64,000 nt of DNA from Flavobacteriia bacterium. GTDB taxonomy: Bacteria; Bacteroidota; Bacteroidia; Flavobacteriales; Weeksellaceae. The notes under the pieces were generated by a model. It was not told the DNA's origin. It did not search any database and worked only from the letters and a program-made list of their open reading frames with translations. How positions within the stretch are numbered: position 1 is the stretch's first letter; each line of letters starts with the position of its first letter. Positions 45,618 through 55,138 of this stretch are shown here, piece by piece. The position numbers and the translations under genes are program-made. The stretch spans positions 3,048 to 67,047 of the forward strand of contig JAECQR010000010.1 in NCBI GenBank assembly GCA_015999765.1. Reading direction: 5' to 3'.

Positions 45618-47168
45618 TTAGTCCAGACCTCCTTTTCTTGTTGGTTCCTTTACTTCAGGCCATTTCATCTGTTCACCGGTTCTTTCGTTAACAGGAAGTT
45701 TAATTCTTTCTGCAGAAGTTTTTTCCGGATCTTCGCTGGCCATATAAGTCATAATAGCGATTAAAGCAACATTGCTTTTTACATCATCAAAAACGATTTT
45801 GTCATAAGTATCACGATTGGTATGCCAGGTGTAATTTCCGTAGCTCCAGTTCAAAGAGCCTAACATGAAGGCTGGAACACCTGCCGCAACAAATGATGCA
45901 TGGTCGGATCCGCCACCGCCAGGAGTCCCGGGGAACGTAGTTTTGATGTCTTTCGTAAGTTCCTTTGGTACGGCAGCAAGCCATCTTCCCAAATAATCAT
46001 ATGAATTCAGGAATCCCTGTCCGCTGATGTTTGCGATACGTCCCGTTCCGTTGTCCTGGTTGAACAGCGCCTGTATTTTTGGCATCTGGTCTTTATGTGC
46101 AGAAACGTAACCGCGTGATCCGTTCAGTCCCTGTTCTTCGCTTCCCCAAAGGCCTACGATGATGGTTCTTTTGGGATTAGGATATAATTTTTTCAGGATT
46201 CTTGCAACTTCCATCATGGTAATGGTTCCAGTTCCGTTATCGGTTGCACCGGTGCCGCCATCCCAGGAATCGAGGTGTGCTGATAGTATAATATATTCAT
46301 CAGGTTTTTCTGAACCTTTGATTTCGGCCACGGTATTGAAGGTTGGTGCCATTCCTTTGTCTTTGGAATTGGCTGTGATTTTCAGTTTTGGTGTAGTTCC
46401 GTTTTTCAGCATTCTGTAAAGCTGTCCGTAATCTTCAAGAGAAACATCCATTACCGGAATTTTTTTAGTTCCTGCCGAAAATATTTTGTTAACACCGAAG
46501 CCTCGGGACCAGTTTGAAGAAATGATTCCGGCTGCACCGGCTGCTTCAAGCTTTGCATTCAACGTACGTGAAGATTCTCCTGAAGCTTTAATTGAATTCT
46601 GCCATACTTCAGATGCGGCCTTAGACTCAGCCTGCATTTTTTCGAAAGATTCTGGCGTAGCAAATTCCTTCCAATTGTATTCCGGTCGTCCGGAGGCCTG
46701 ATATTGGGAAACCATAACCAGTTTTCCCTTTACTGATGAAAGAAATTTGGTGAAATCTTCTTTGCTGTTGAAGGTCGGAAGCATCACCACATCTGCAGTT
46801 AAACCTTTAGCCGGAGTTGCCGGGCTGAATGCGAGCTGCATCCCTTCAAGGGATTTCGCATAAGGATATACCATTTCGAGAGAAGAAGTTCCTCTTTCCC
46901 ACGATTTCCATTCGCCCCACTGTTCGTTGCGGGCATCGATTCCCCAACTTTTGAATTGGTTTACCGCCCAGTCGTGAGACTGCTGCATTTTTGGACTTCC
47001 CACCAGTCTTGGACCGATTCCATCGAGCAATTCGTAGGCGAGCTTTTCAAGTTGGGAATTGTTGTAAGTTTCATCCATGATGGATTTTGTCATTTGGTCC
47101 TGCGTTTGGGCATTGAGTCCCGCTGCAAACACCGTCGAAAGCATTAAAGCTTTAGCATAGTTCTTCAT
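45618..47168 (-). CDS. M28 family metallopeptidase (M20/M25/M40 superfamily)
   Basis: IGPRLVGS, SAHLDSWD, GATDNGTG, WGSEEQGL, SDHASF, WHTNRDT; start moved to MKNYAK 47168. Confidence 0.92.
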   Translation of the reverse strand: MKNYAKALMLSTVFAAGLNAQTQDQMTKSIMDETYNNSQLEKLAYELLDGIGPRLVGSPKMQQSHDWAVNQFKSWGIDARNEQWGEWKSWERGTSSLEMVYPYAKSLEGMQLAFSPATPAKGLTADVVMLPTFNSKEDFTKFLSSVKGKLVMVSQYQASGRPEYNWKEFATPESFEKMQAESKAASEVWQNSIKASGESSRTLNAKLEAAGAAGIISSNWSRGFGVNKIFSAGTKKIPVMDVSLEDYGQLYRMLKNGTTPKLKITANSKDKGMAPTFNTVAEIKGSEKPDEYIILSAHLDSWDGGTGATDNGTGTITMMEVARILKKLYPNPKRTIIVGLWGSEEQGLNGSRGYVSAHKDQMPKIQALFNQDNGTGRIANISGQGFLNSYDYLGRWLAAVPKELTKDIKTTFPGTPGGGGSDHASFVAAGVPAFMLGSLNWSYGNYTWHTNRDTYDKIVFDDVKSNVALIAIMTYMASEDPEKTSAERIKLPVNERTGEQMKWPEVKEPTRKGGLD

Positions 47169-47307
47169 TCTATATAACTTTTGGTGCTGAAGATAATATT
47201 TTTTGCGAAGAGAGAAAAATTTAACTGCTGATTGGGTTTCAGATTTCGTAAAAATTTTCATCAATAGAAAAATAATAATCAACAAAACTGGCTGATAATA
47301 CGTAAGT

Positions 47308-47321
47308 TGGCAAAAAACTTG
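47308..47321 (+). promoter_or_regulatory. Sigma-54-like motif upstream of DUF2147 and the 4-TM gene
   Basis: TGGCAAAAAACTTG. Confidence 0.45.
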
Positions 47322-47325
47322 TATA

Positions 47326-47802
47326 GTGAAAGCCATGCTTATAAAAAATCTCGTTTTAATCCTCTATTTTTGTTTTTTGAATTTAAATGCCCAGTCAAAG
47401 GCAGATCACGTGCTTGGCAAATGGCTCGCAACCGATCACAGTGTCGCCGTAGAGGTGTACAAGCTGAAAGGCGAGTATAAGGCCAAAGTGATTTGGTTCG
47501 ACGAGAGCAAAGGCAGCGGAAAACCGATGCATACCCGTACCGATTTCGAAAATCCTGATCCCAATCTCCGGAACAGAAAAATATTGGGAATGGAGGTTTT
47601 AGATGGTTTAGTTTACAATGCAAAAACCAAGGAATGGGAGCACGGCAAAATCTATGATGCGAGTTCGGGCAGGTTATGGGATTCCTCTGCACATATCACG
47701 GAAAACGGACTTCTGAAAGTACGTGGTTACTGGAAATTTAAATGGATTGGCAAAAGCATGACTTTTAAGAAAACTAATTACTCAACCTTAACTAAACTAT
47801 AA
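47326..47802 (+). CDS. DUF2147 domain protein
   Basis: LGKW, WEHGKIYDASSG, LKVRGY; start could be ATG 47335. Confidence 0.88.
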   Translation: MKAMLIKNLVLILYFCFLNLNAQSKADHVLGKWLATDHSVAVEVYKLKGEYKAKVIWFDESKGSGKPMHTRTDFENPDPNLRNRKILGMEVLDGLVYNAKTKEWEHGKIYDASSGRLWDSSAHITENGLLKVRGYWKFKWIGKSMTFKKTNYSTLTKL

Positions 47803-47813
47803 ATCTATAAACT

Positions 47814-48158
47814 ATGAATTTAATCATCCGACTTCTCGTTACCGCAGTGGTGGCATTTTTTCTCACCAAGATTCTTTCAGGCGTACATTTCGATGGGTTT
47901 TCCACGGCAATTGTGTTTGCAATCGTTCTGGGCATTCTAAACCTGATTGTTTCGCCCATTCTGAAAATCCTCGGTCTACCTCTTACCATTATTACTTTGG
48001 GACTTTTCTCGCTGGTCATCAATGCTCTGGTTATTCTGATTGCAGATTATTTTATTGACGGGATGACGATTGACGGGTTCTGGTGGGCATTTATTTTCAG
48101 CATTGCATTGTCACTTATTACTTCACTGTTGAACGGGATTTTTACTTCTTCGGAATAG
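47814..48158 (+). CDS. 4-TM phage-holin-family (YvlD-like) membrane protein
   Basis: LNLIVSPILKILGLPLTIITLGLFSLVINA. Confidence 0.88.
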   Translation: MNLIIRLLVTAVVAFFLTKILSGVHFDGFSTAIVFAIVLGILNLIVSPILKILGLPLTIITLGLFSLVINALVILIADYFIDGMTIDGFWWAFIFSIALSLITSLLNGIFTSSE

Positions 48159-48184
48159 TAACTTAAAATTAAAACAAAACTCAG

Positions 48185-48209
48185 ATCACCGCGACCGGCG
48201 GTGATTTTT
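48185..48209 (+). terminator. Rho-independent terminator
   Basis: ATCACCGC-N5-GCGGTGAT followed by a T run. Confidence 0.7.
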
Positions 48210-48332
48210 GTTTTACAGGTAATATTTGGATGGAGCTTAACCAGAATCTTTAAGCACAGCAAATCATCATAAATTTCTATATTTGTAAACACAGTTGCAG
48301 TCTGCATCTGTAATGATCAAAATTGATTTTTT

Positions 48333-50327
48333 ATGAAGTTAAAACACACCATTCTCTCAGTAGCTGCGCCTTTTCTTATGAATGCACAAAATGTGATGAC
48401 GCCCGAAATCCTCTGGACATTAAATAAAATTGGCGTTTCGGCAGTTTCACCTGATCAGTCGTCTTTAATTTATACCATTGGGAAAACCGATCTGAAAACT
48501 GAAAAAAACAACAAGAAAACCTATTTTTTTAATATCAAAAATGCTGAAGCTGCTAATCTTGACTTAGGTAAAAAAGCCCTGATCCAATGGGATAAAAACG
48601 GCATCTACGCACAGGAAGGCGATAAAATTTACCTTTCGAAAGATGCAGGAAAAACCTGGGCAGAATTTTACACGATTGGCGAAGTCGATAATATTGTGAT
48701 TTCACCCGACGGAAAAAAGATTGCCTTCAGTAAGCAGGTTTTGGTTGAAAAAGTGATGGGTAAAGACAAATATCAGGATGTTCCGAAATCTTCCGCTCAC
48801 ATTTATACCGACCTGAACCACCGCCATTGGGATTATTTCAGCGAAGGGAAATACAATCACGTTTTTGTGGTGAATGTTGCTGATAAAGTGGACAATGCTA
48901 AAGATTTGTTGGAAGGTAAAATGTGGGATTCCCCGCAGCGCCCTTTTGGCGGAACTGAAGATTTTGTGTGGAGCCCGAATTCTGCCCAGCTTTTATACGT
49001 TACAAAGCCGTTGAGCGGCGCGGAATACGCCCAATCAACCAATACCGATATTTTCGCTTACGATTTAGCAGCCGGTACAACAACCAATCTTACTGAAAGC
49101 AATAAAGGTTATGATGTTGCTCCGAAATTTTCTCCCGACGGAAAGGCTTTGCTGTGGATGTCGATGGAAAGAGACGGTTACGAAGCAGACAAAAACGATA
49201 TCAAATTGATGGACTGGAAATCCCGAAAGGTGAGTAACCTTACCAAAGATTGGGATGAAAGTGTAGTTGGCGATGTCTTCTGGACTCAGGATTCAAAAAC
49301 AATCTATTTTACTACAGCCTTTCGCGGAACAAAACAGCTGTTTTCTCTGAATCCCAGGAATGCTAAAATTCAGCAGGTAACGAAAGGTGATTTTGATGTG
49401 AATGAGATTTATGCTCAAAACAAAAACCAGCTTTTGGTTTCCAGAAACGACATCAATCATAATCCTGACCTGTTTTCAGTAGATGTAAAATCCGGGACAA
49501 TGACTCAGGTAACAGAGGTTAATAAAGCGAATTATGCCAAATTAACGCCGGGAAAATCTGAACTGAAAATGGTAAAAACTACCGACGGTAAAGAAATGGG
49601 TGTGTGGTTTCATTATCCTCCAGACTTCGATCCGAATAAGAAATATCCAACTCTTCTTTACTGTCAGGGCGGTCCGCAGTCAGCATTAACTCAGTATTTC
49701 AGCACCCGCTGGAATTTCGCGCTGATGGCTGCCAACGGTTATATTGTAGTTGCTCCAAACCGACGCGGAATGCCAGGCTGGGGAACACAATGGAACGAAC
49801 AAATTTCGAAAGACTGGGGCGGACAGGTAATGGATGATTATTTAACAGCAACCGATTACGCCAAAACTTTGCCATACGTTGATGCAGACAGAATTGGTGC
49901 AGTAGGAGCTAGTTACGGCGGATACAGCGTTTTTATGCTGGCCGGAATCCATGAAAACAGATTTAAAACTTTTATTGCTCACGACGGACTTTTTGATATG
50001 AAATCCTGGTACGGAACTACGGAAGAACTGTTTTTTGCTAACTGGGATTTAGGAAAGCCTACAGATCAGCCGTTACCTAAAGCGTATACCGAATTTAATC
50101 CATCAAATTTTGTTGATAAATGGAACAAACCAATCATGATCATTCAGGGTGGAATTGATTTCCGCGTAGGATATGAGCAGGGCCAGCAGGCTTTTCAGGC
50201 AGCAAGACTTCACGGTTTGAAATCTAAATTTCTGTATTTTCCAAACGAAAATCACTGGGTACTGAAGCCACAGAACGGCTTGGTATGGCAGCTCGAATTT
50301 TTCGAATGGTTGAGAGAGACGCTATAG
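48333..50327 (+). CDS. S9 family peptidase (dipeptidyl-peptidase 5-like)
   Basis: Beta-propeller repeats; QGGPQ, GASYGG nucleophile, GGIDFRV, ENHW. Confidence 0.93.
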   Translation: MKLKHTILSVAAPFLMNAQNVMTPEILWTLNKIGVSAVSPDQSSLIYTIGKTDLKTEKNNKKTYFFNIKNAEAANLDLGKKALIQWDKNGIYAQEGDKIYLSKDAGKTWAEFYTIGEVDNIVISPDGKKIAFSKQVLVEKVMGKDKYQDVPKSSAHIYTDLNHRHWDYFSEGKYNHVFVVNVADKVDNAKDLLEGKMWDSPQRPFGGTEDFVWSPNSAQLLYVTKPLSGAEYAQSTNTDIFAYDLAAGTTTNLTESNKGYDVAPKFSPDGKALLWMSMERDGYEADKNDIKLMDWKSRKVSNLTKDWDESVVGDVFWTQDSKTIYFTTAFRGTKQLFSLNPRNAKIQQVTKGDFDVNEIYAQNKNQLLVSRNDINHNPDLFSVDVKSGTMTQVTEVNKANYAKLTPGKSELKMVKTTDGKEMGVWFHYPPDFDPNKKYPTLLYCQGGPQSALTQYFSTRWNFALMAANGYIVVAPNRRGMPGWGTQWNEQISKDWGGQVMDDYLTATDYAKTLPYVDADRIGAVGASYGGYSVFMLAGIHENRFKTFIAHDGLFDMKSWYGTTEELFFANWDLGKPTDQPLPKAYTEFNPSNFVDKWNKPIMIIQGGIDFRVGYEQGQQAFQAARLHGLKSKFLYFPNENHWVLKPQNGLVWQLEFFEWLRETL

Positions 50328-50344
50328 AACAAAGAATCTAATAC

Positions 50345-50376
50345 AAAAAGCTTCTGATTATTTTCAGAAGCTTTTT
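50345..50376. terminator. Bidirectional terminator
   Basis: AAAAAGCTTCTGA-N6-TCAGAAGCTTTTT. Confidence 0.75.
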
Positions 50377-50397
50377 CTATTCTTGACCGTGTCAATT

Positions 50398-50946
50398 TTA
50401 TAACTGAACTTTTACTTTAAAACCCGTATTCATTTTCATTGTAATTTGGTCCGCAGTAGCGGCGTTCGCCTGAATTTCAAAGATTAAGGAATTCTGGCTT
50501 GTTTTAAAATAGTTGATCAGTTCCTCATCGGGCACCGTAAATGTAACTGTAGTAGGATTGGTATTATTCACCACTGTAGCGATTAGTTTTTCCGGCTGGT
50601 TGGGAGCTTTAATATAAACTCTTGCATTTTTAATAACATCAAGTTTTGTATCGACCGTTGAGCTGATAAAATCCATACTCAGGGTACTCATCTTTACCGA
50701 TTTCAGATTATTGATAGAATAATTTGGATTATTTTCTTTGATCTTCGCATCCAGATTTATATTCATTGGGATTTCTGGAGTTCTGGTGTATGTCGTGGTA
50801 CTTACGTTCACGAAAGGAACGGTTACTGTGGTAGTAAACGGAACATCAAAAGGAGGCAGCGCGTCTAAAACCGTATTCACAATATCTCTGCAGCTGGTTG
50901 TGATAAGCAGGATCAGCATTCCCATTAATAATGATAACTTTTTCAT
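50398..50946 (-). CDS. Hypothetical lipoprotein
   Basis: MKKLSLLMGMLILLITTSC lipobox; start moved to 50946. Confidence 0.8.
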   Translation of the reverse strand: MKKLSLLMGMLILLITTSCRDIVNTVLDALPPFDVPFTTTVTVPFVNVSTTTYTRTPEIPMNINLDAKIKENNPNYSINNLKSVKMSTLSMDFISSTVDTKLDVIKNARVYIKAPNQPEKLIATVVNNTNPTTVTFTVPDEELINYFKTSQNSLIFEIQANAATADQITMKMNTGFKVKVQL

Positions 50947-51016
50947 AACTGATTTTTTTAATATTTTTAATGATTGCATTAATCATTCCAATTTTTTAAA
51001 GTAAAACTTCCTGAAA

Positions 51017-51505
51017 ATGGCAGACCGAATTTCATCTTTTGCACCGATTATTTCTACAACTTCTAGAATCCTGATTTTAGGTTCGGTTCCTGGCGTTAAA
51101 TCCCTGGAAATGCAGCAATATTATGCGCATCCGCAAAACCAGTTTTGGAAGATTGTTTTTGAATTGATTGGTGAAGATTTTAGTAAAGATTACGAGACAA
51201 GAATTGAAACCATCAGAAAAAACAATATTGCGTTGTGGGACGTCATCGATACCTGCGAACGCGAGGGAAGCCTCGACACGAAGATCCGAAACGAGGAACA
51301 TAATGATATTACTAAAATTCTAAACGACCATCCTTCAATCAGCGTTATTTTCTGTAATGGTCAGAAATCATTTAAGAATTTAAAGAAAATTTTAGGCAAA
51401 GAATCAGAAATTCCTGTATTTGTTTTACCTTCGACAAGTCCGCTTCATACGATTTCGTTCGATAAAAAACTAAAAGAATGGGAAATTATAAAAACATTTT
51501 TATGA
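51017..51505 (+). CDS. DNA-deoxyinosine glycosylase (uracil-DNA glycosylase superfamily)
   Basis: ILILGSVPG, QYYAHPQNQFW, ALWDV, FCNG, LPSTSP. Confidence 0.9.
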   Translation: MADRISSFAPIISTTSRILILGSVPGVKSLEMQQYYAHPQNQFWKIVFELIGEDFSKDYETRIETIRKNNIALWDVIDTCEREGSLDTKIRNEEHNDITKILNDHPSISVIFCNGQKSFKNLKKILGKESEIPVFVLPSTSPLHTISFDKKLKEWEIIKTFL

Positions 51506-52149
51506 AGAAACTTAATTTGGTGGCCTTTAGTTTTGTGTTTGTATTGGGTTCTGCACAGACTTATTCTTTTGATACCGTCACAAAATATGTACTTAATAAC
51601 GCGAAGAAAAAGGGTATTAAAGAATCGGTTAATTATTTTAATTCCGATGATTTTAATTATTTCCTGAAGGTTACAAGAGTTCCGAAATACCTTAGTGCCA
51701 CACTCTTTGATTCCAAAACTGATCTTGCCCATCGTTTTAAAGTAAAAGAAAGTAAGTCAAACGGAAACATTTTTTTCGCTTTTGAATATGATTATTCTTA
51801 CAAGTTGAACACGAAACATTTAATTCATCAAAACCAGTATGTTACTTTTGGGGAAATATCAGAATCAACTCCAAAAAGGGTCTCAATGCAGGTTTTCAAT
51901 TCAAAAAAAGCAAAGAAACCTGTTGCTAATCATATTCTTACTCTGCAACCAGCCAGTAAAAATATGTTTCCAATGTTTGCGTTAAGCAGAAGTTATAATT
52001 ATACGATGCTGAATGATGCAAATTTACCGGGAAATTATATGGTGTTAAGGGATGATATCACCGAAAAAAAAATAAGTTGTGAATTTGTACTTGAAGATCA
52101 TAATGATGTAGAACTTAAATTAACGCTACCTAAATCCCTGAAATTCTAG
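51502..52149 (+). CDS. Exported hypothetical protein
   Basis: MKKLNLVAFSFVFVLGSAQ signal peptide; ATGA overlap with the glycosylase. Confidence 0.7.
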   Translation: MKKLNLVAFSFVFVLGSAQTYSFDTVTKYVLNNAKKKGIKESVNYFNSDDFNYFLKVTRVPKYLSATLFDSKTDLAHRFKVKESKSNGNIFFAFEYDYSYKLNTKHLIHQNQYVTFGEISESTPKRVSMQVFNSKKAKKPVANHILTLQPASKNMFPMFALSRSYNYTMLNDANLPGNYMVLRDDITEKKISCEFVLEDHNDVELKLTLPKSLKF

Positions 52150-52249
52150 ATAAATAGGCAAACACTTGACTTTGCCTTTTCAAAGCCGTATATTTGCAGT
52201 CCGAAAATCATTGGGTTTTTCGGCTAATTTTTAAACCGTAATTTAAAAA

Positions 52250-53299
52250 ATGAAAACATCTGATTTCAACTTCCATTTGCCGGAAGAACTACTGGCAGAG
52301 TATCCTGCAGAGCACAGAGACGACGCCAAACTCATGGTTCTTGACCGCAAAAAGCAGACAATCGAACATAAAACTTTTAAAGATGTTGTAGATTATTTCG
52401 ATGAAAAAGATCTTTTTATCTTCAATAATACCAAGGTTTTCCCGGCAAGATTGTATGGAAACAAAGAAAAAACCGGTGCCAAAATTGAAGTTTTCCTTTT
52501 AAGAGAACTCGATAAAGAAACCCGCGTTTGGGATGTTTTGGTTGATCCTGCAAGAAAGATAAGAATCGGAAACAAATTGTTCTTCACTGAAGACGAATCT
52601 TTGGTTGCCGAAGTAATCGATAATACGACTTCAAGAGGTAGAACCCTGAGATTTTTATATGACGGTTCTTACGAGGAATTCCGCTCGAAACTGAAAGAAC
52701 TGGGCGAAACTCCACTTCCGAAATATATCAAAAGAGCCGTAGAACCTGAAGACGCAGAGCGGTTCCAGACCATCTATGCCAAGCACGAAGGTGCCGTTGC
52801 AGCTCCTACAGCAGGTTTGCACTTCTCCAGACATTTGATGAAGAAACTCGAGATCAAAGGAATCGATTTCGCTGAAGTAACACTTCATGTTGGTTTGGGA
52901 ACTTTTAACCCGATTGAGGTTGAAGATTTAAGCAAACATAAAATGGAATCTGAGGAAGCTATCATTGATCAGAAAAACGCCGACATTATCAACAAAGCGG
53001 TTGCTGAACAGCGCAGAGTTTGTGCGGTAGGAACCACTACCATGAGAGCTTTGGAAACTTCGGTTTCATCCAATAAAAAGATCGGGCCTTACCATGGCTG
53101 GACGAATAAATTTATTTTCCCGCCACATGATTTCGGTGTTGCCAATGCGATGATTACCAACTTCCATACGCCAAAATCTACACTGTTAATGATGATCGCA
53201 GCGTTCGCCGGGAAAGATTTCCTGATGCAGGCCTACGAGGAAGCCATCAAAAACGAATACAAATTCTATTCTTACGGAGACGCAATGCTGATTCTTTAA
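52250..53299 (+). CDS. queA: tRNA preQ1(34) SAM ribosyltransferase-isomerase
   Basis: [57 protein letters not shown]; TATATTTG promoter at 52189-52196. Confidence 0.97.
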   Translation: MKTSDFNFHLPEELLAEYPAEHRDDAKLMVLDRKKQTIEHKTFKDVVDYFDEKDLFIFNNTKVFPARLYGNKEKTGAKIEVFLLRELDKETRVWDVLVDPARKIRIGNKLFFTEDESLVAEVIDNTTSRGRTLRFLYDGSYEEFRSKLKELGETPLPKYIKRAVEPEDAERFQTIYAKHEGAVAAPTAGLHFSRHLMKKLEIKGIDFAEVTLHVGLGTFNPIEVEDLSKHKMESEEAIIDQKNADIINKAVAEQRRVCAVGTTTMRALETSVSSNKKIGPYHGWTNKFIFPPHDFGVANAMITNFHTPKSTLLMMIAAFAGKDFLMQAYEEAIKNEYKFYSYGDAMLIL

Positions 53300-53320
53300 T
53301 ATAAATTAATTTTAAATATT

Positions 53321-53381
53321 TCTCGCAGATTTTGTTGATAACGCAGAAAGAGAATCTGCTGACTTTGATAAATCTGCGAGA
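53321..53381. repeat. Nested inverted repeat (REP-like, GCAGAT/ATCTGC core)
   Basis: TCTCGCAGATT...AATCTGCGAGA enclosing GCAGA-N7-TCTGC. Confidence 0.65.
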
Positions 53382-53387
53382 CTTTTT

Positions 53388-54422
53388 ATGAAAGATATAC
53401 GGACATTAAATTTAGAACAGCTCACTGATTATTTCAGAGAGATCGGCGAAAAACCCTTCCGTGCGAAGCAGGTTTATGACTGGCTGTGGAGTAAGAATCT
53501 GCATTCTATTGATGAAATGACCAATCTTTCTAAAGACCTCAGAGAGAAAATTTCTCAGGAATACATCATCAATCCCATTTCGGTTGACCAGCTTCAGAAA
53601 TCTACTGACGGAACTATTAAAAACGGCGTGAAACTACACGACGGACTTCTCGTAGAATCGGTTCTGATTCCTACAGAAACCCGTACTACAGCCTGTGTTT
53701 CGTCTCAGGTTGGCTGCTCCCTGAACTGTGAATTCTGCGCAACCGCCCGCCTGAAAAGGATGAGGAATCTGGAAGTTGCAGAAATCGTAGACCAGGTGGC
53801 ATTAATCGACAGACAAAGCAAACTTTATTTCGACAGACCGCTTTCAAACATCGTTTTCATGGGAATGGGCGAGCCGATGATGAATTACAAAAATGTGGTA
53901 GATGCGGTTAGAAAAATTACCCAGCCTGAAGGTTTGGGCATGTCGCCGCGGAGAATCACCGTGTCAACTTCAGGGATTCCTAAGATGATTAAAATGCTTG
54001 CCGATGAAGATCTGCGGGTAAAACTTGCGCTTTCTCTACATTCAGCTATCGAGTCGAAAAGGAATGAAATCATGCCTTTCTCCGATAAATTTCCGCTTAC
54101 CGATATCATGGATTCTTTAAAATACTGGTACGAAAAAACTGGAAATCCTATAACATTTGAATACTGCGTCTGGAAAGGAATCAATGATCAGGATGAAGAC
54201 ATCAAAGCGCTCATCCGTTACTGTAAGCAGGTTCCGAGTAAAGTGAACTTAATTCAGTATAATCCCATCGGCGACGGAAAATACGATAAATGCAATAAAG
54301 AAGCCGAGGAAAATTATGTACGCCAACTCGAAAACGCCGGAATTACTGTGCTGATCCGCCGAAGCCGGGGAGGAGATATTGATGCGGCCTGTGGTCAGCT
54401 TGCTAATAAATCCAGTGAGTAA
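53388..54422 (+). CDS. rlmN: 23S rRNA (adenine-2503-C2) methyltransferase
   Basis: CVSSQVGCSLNCEFCATA radical SAM motif, FMGMGEP, SLH, DIDAACGQL. Confidence 0.97.
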   Translation: MKDIRTLNLEQLTDYFREIGEKPFRAKQVYDWLWSKNLHSIDEMTNLSKDLREKISQEYIINPISVDQLQKSTDGTIKNGVKLHDGLLVESVLIPTETRTTACVSSQVGCSLNCEFCATARLKRMRNLEVAEIVDQVALIDRQSKLYFDRPLSNIVFMGMGEPMMNYKNVVDAVRKITQPEGLGMSPRRITVSTSGIPKMIKMLADEDLRVKLALSLHSAIESKRNEIMPFSDKFPLTDIMDSLKYWYEKTGNPITFEYCVWKGINDQDEDIKALIRYCKQVPSKVNLIQYNPIGDGKYDKCNKEAEENYVRQLENAGITVLIRRSRGGDIDAACGQLANKSSE

Positions 54423-55138
54423 TGTTCAGTCACAAAGGAAAAACCCGTACCGAAAAGCATAATCTTGGGATTGCCTCACTGCTGAGTTTCGTGGCTGGTT
54501 TGGTAAATGTGGTGGGATTTTTTTCGGTGCAGAAACTTACAACAAACGTTACAGGACATTTCGCTTACTTTGTAGATGAAGCTTTCAAGCAGGATTTCCG
54601 GAGTGCTTTTCACGTGGCACTTTATATCTTTTTCTTTTTTCTGGGTGCTTTCATTTCCAACTTTATGGTTGAAATTTATTCGCGAAGACGGGAAAATCTT
54701 ATTTATGTAGTCCCTACTATTACCGAGGCTGTAATCCTTGCAGGCATAGGAGTTACAGGAACATATCTTATTTCAGAAAATCCGGATTTGATCGCTTTCA
54801 GCCTTCTATTTGCGATGGGGATGCAGAATTCACTCGTAACAAGCATATCAAATGCGGTGGTCCGTACAACACATTTAACCGGACTGTTTACCGATATGGG
54901 TATCGAGTTTTCTCAACTTTTCTTTTATAAAGATCAGGCGCATAAAAAGAAGCTCATCAAATCAATAAAACTCCGTTTAATCATAATCTGGCTTTTTTTC
55001 GCAGGAGGTGTTTCAGGGGGAATTCTTTACACACATTTCGGCATCAGAACGCTTCTTTTCGGAAGTTTAATTTTGTTGCTGGGACTTCTCTATGATTTTG
55101 TAAAAATCCGCATCCTGCTGTTAAGACGTAAATTATAA
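54422..55138 (+). CDS. YoaK / DUF1275 family membrane protein
   Basis: LSFVAGLVN, TTNVTGH, AMGMQN, RTTHLTG. Confidence 0.9.
   Translation: MFSHKGKTRTEKHNLGIASLLSFVAGLVNVVGFFSVQKLTTNVTGHFAYFVDEAFKQDFRSAFHVALYIFFFFLGAFISNFMVEIYSRRRENLIYVVPTITEAVILAGIGVTGTYLISENPDLIAFSLLFAMGMQNSLVTSISNAVVRTTHLTGLFTDMGIEFSQLFFYKDQAHKKKLIKSIKLRLIIIWLFFAGGVSGGILYTHFGIRTLLFGSLILLLGLLYDFVKIRILLLRRKL

Noticed and set aside
47814-48158. Phage-holin-family gene as a sign of a prophage
   Set aside because: The YvlD-like 4-TM family is widespread on chromosomes, and no endolysin, structural or integrase genes are nearby.
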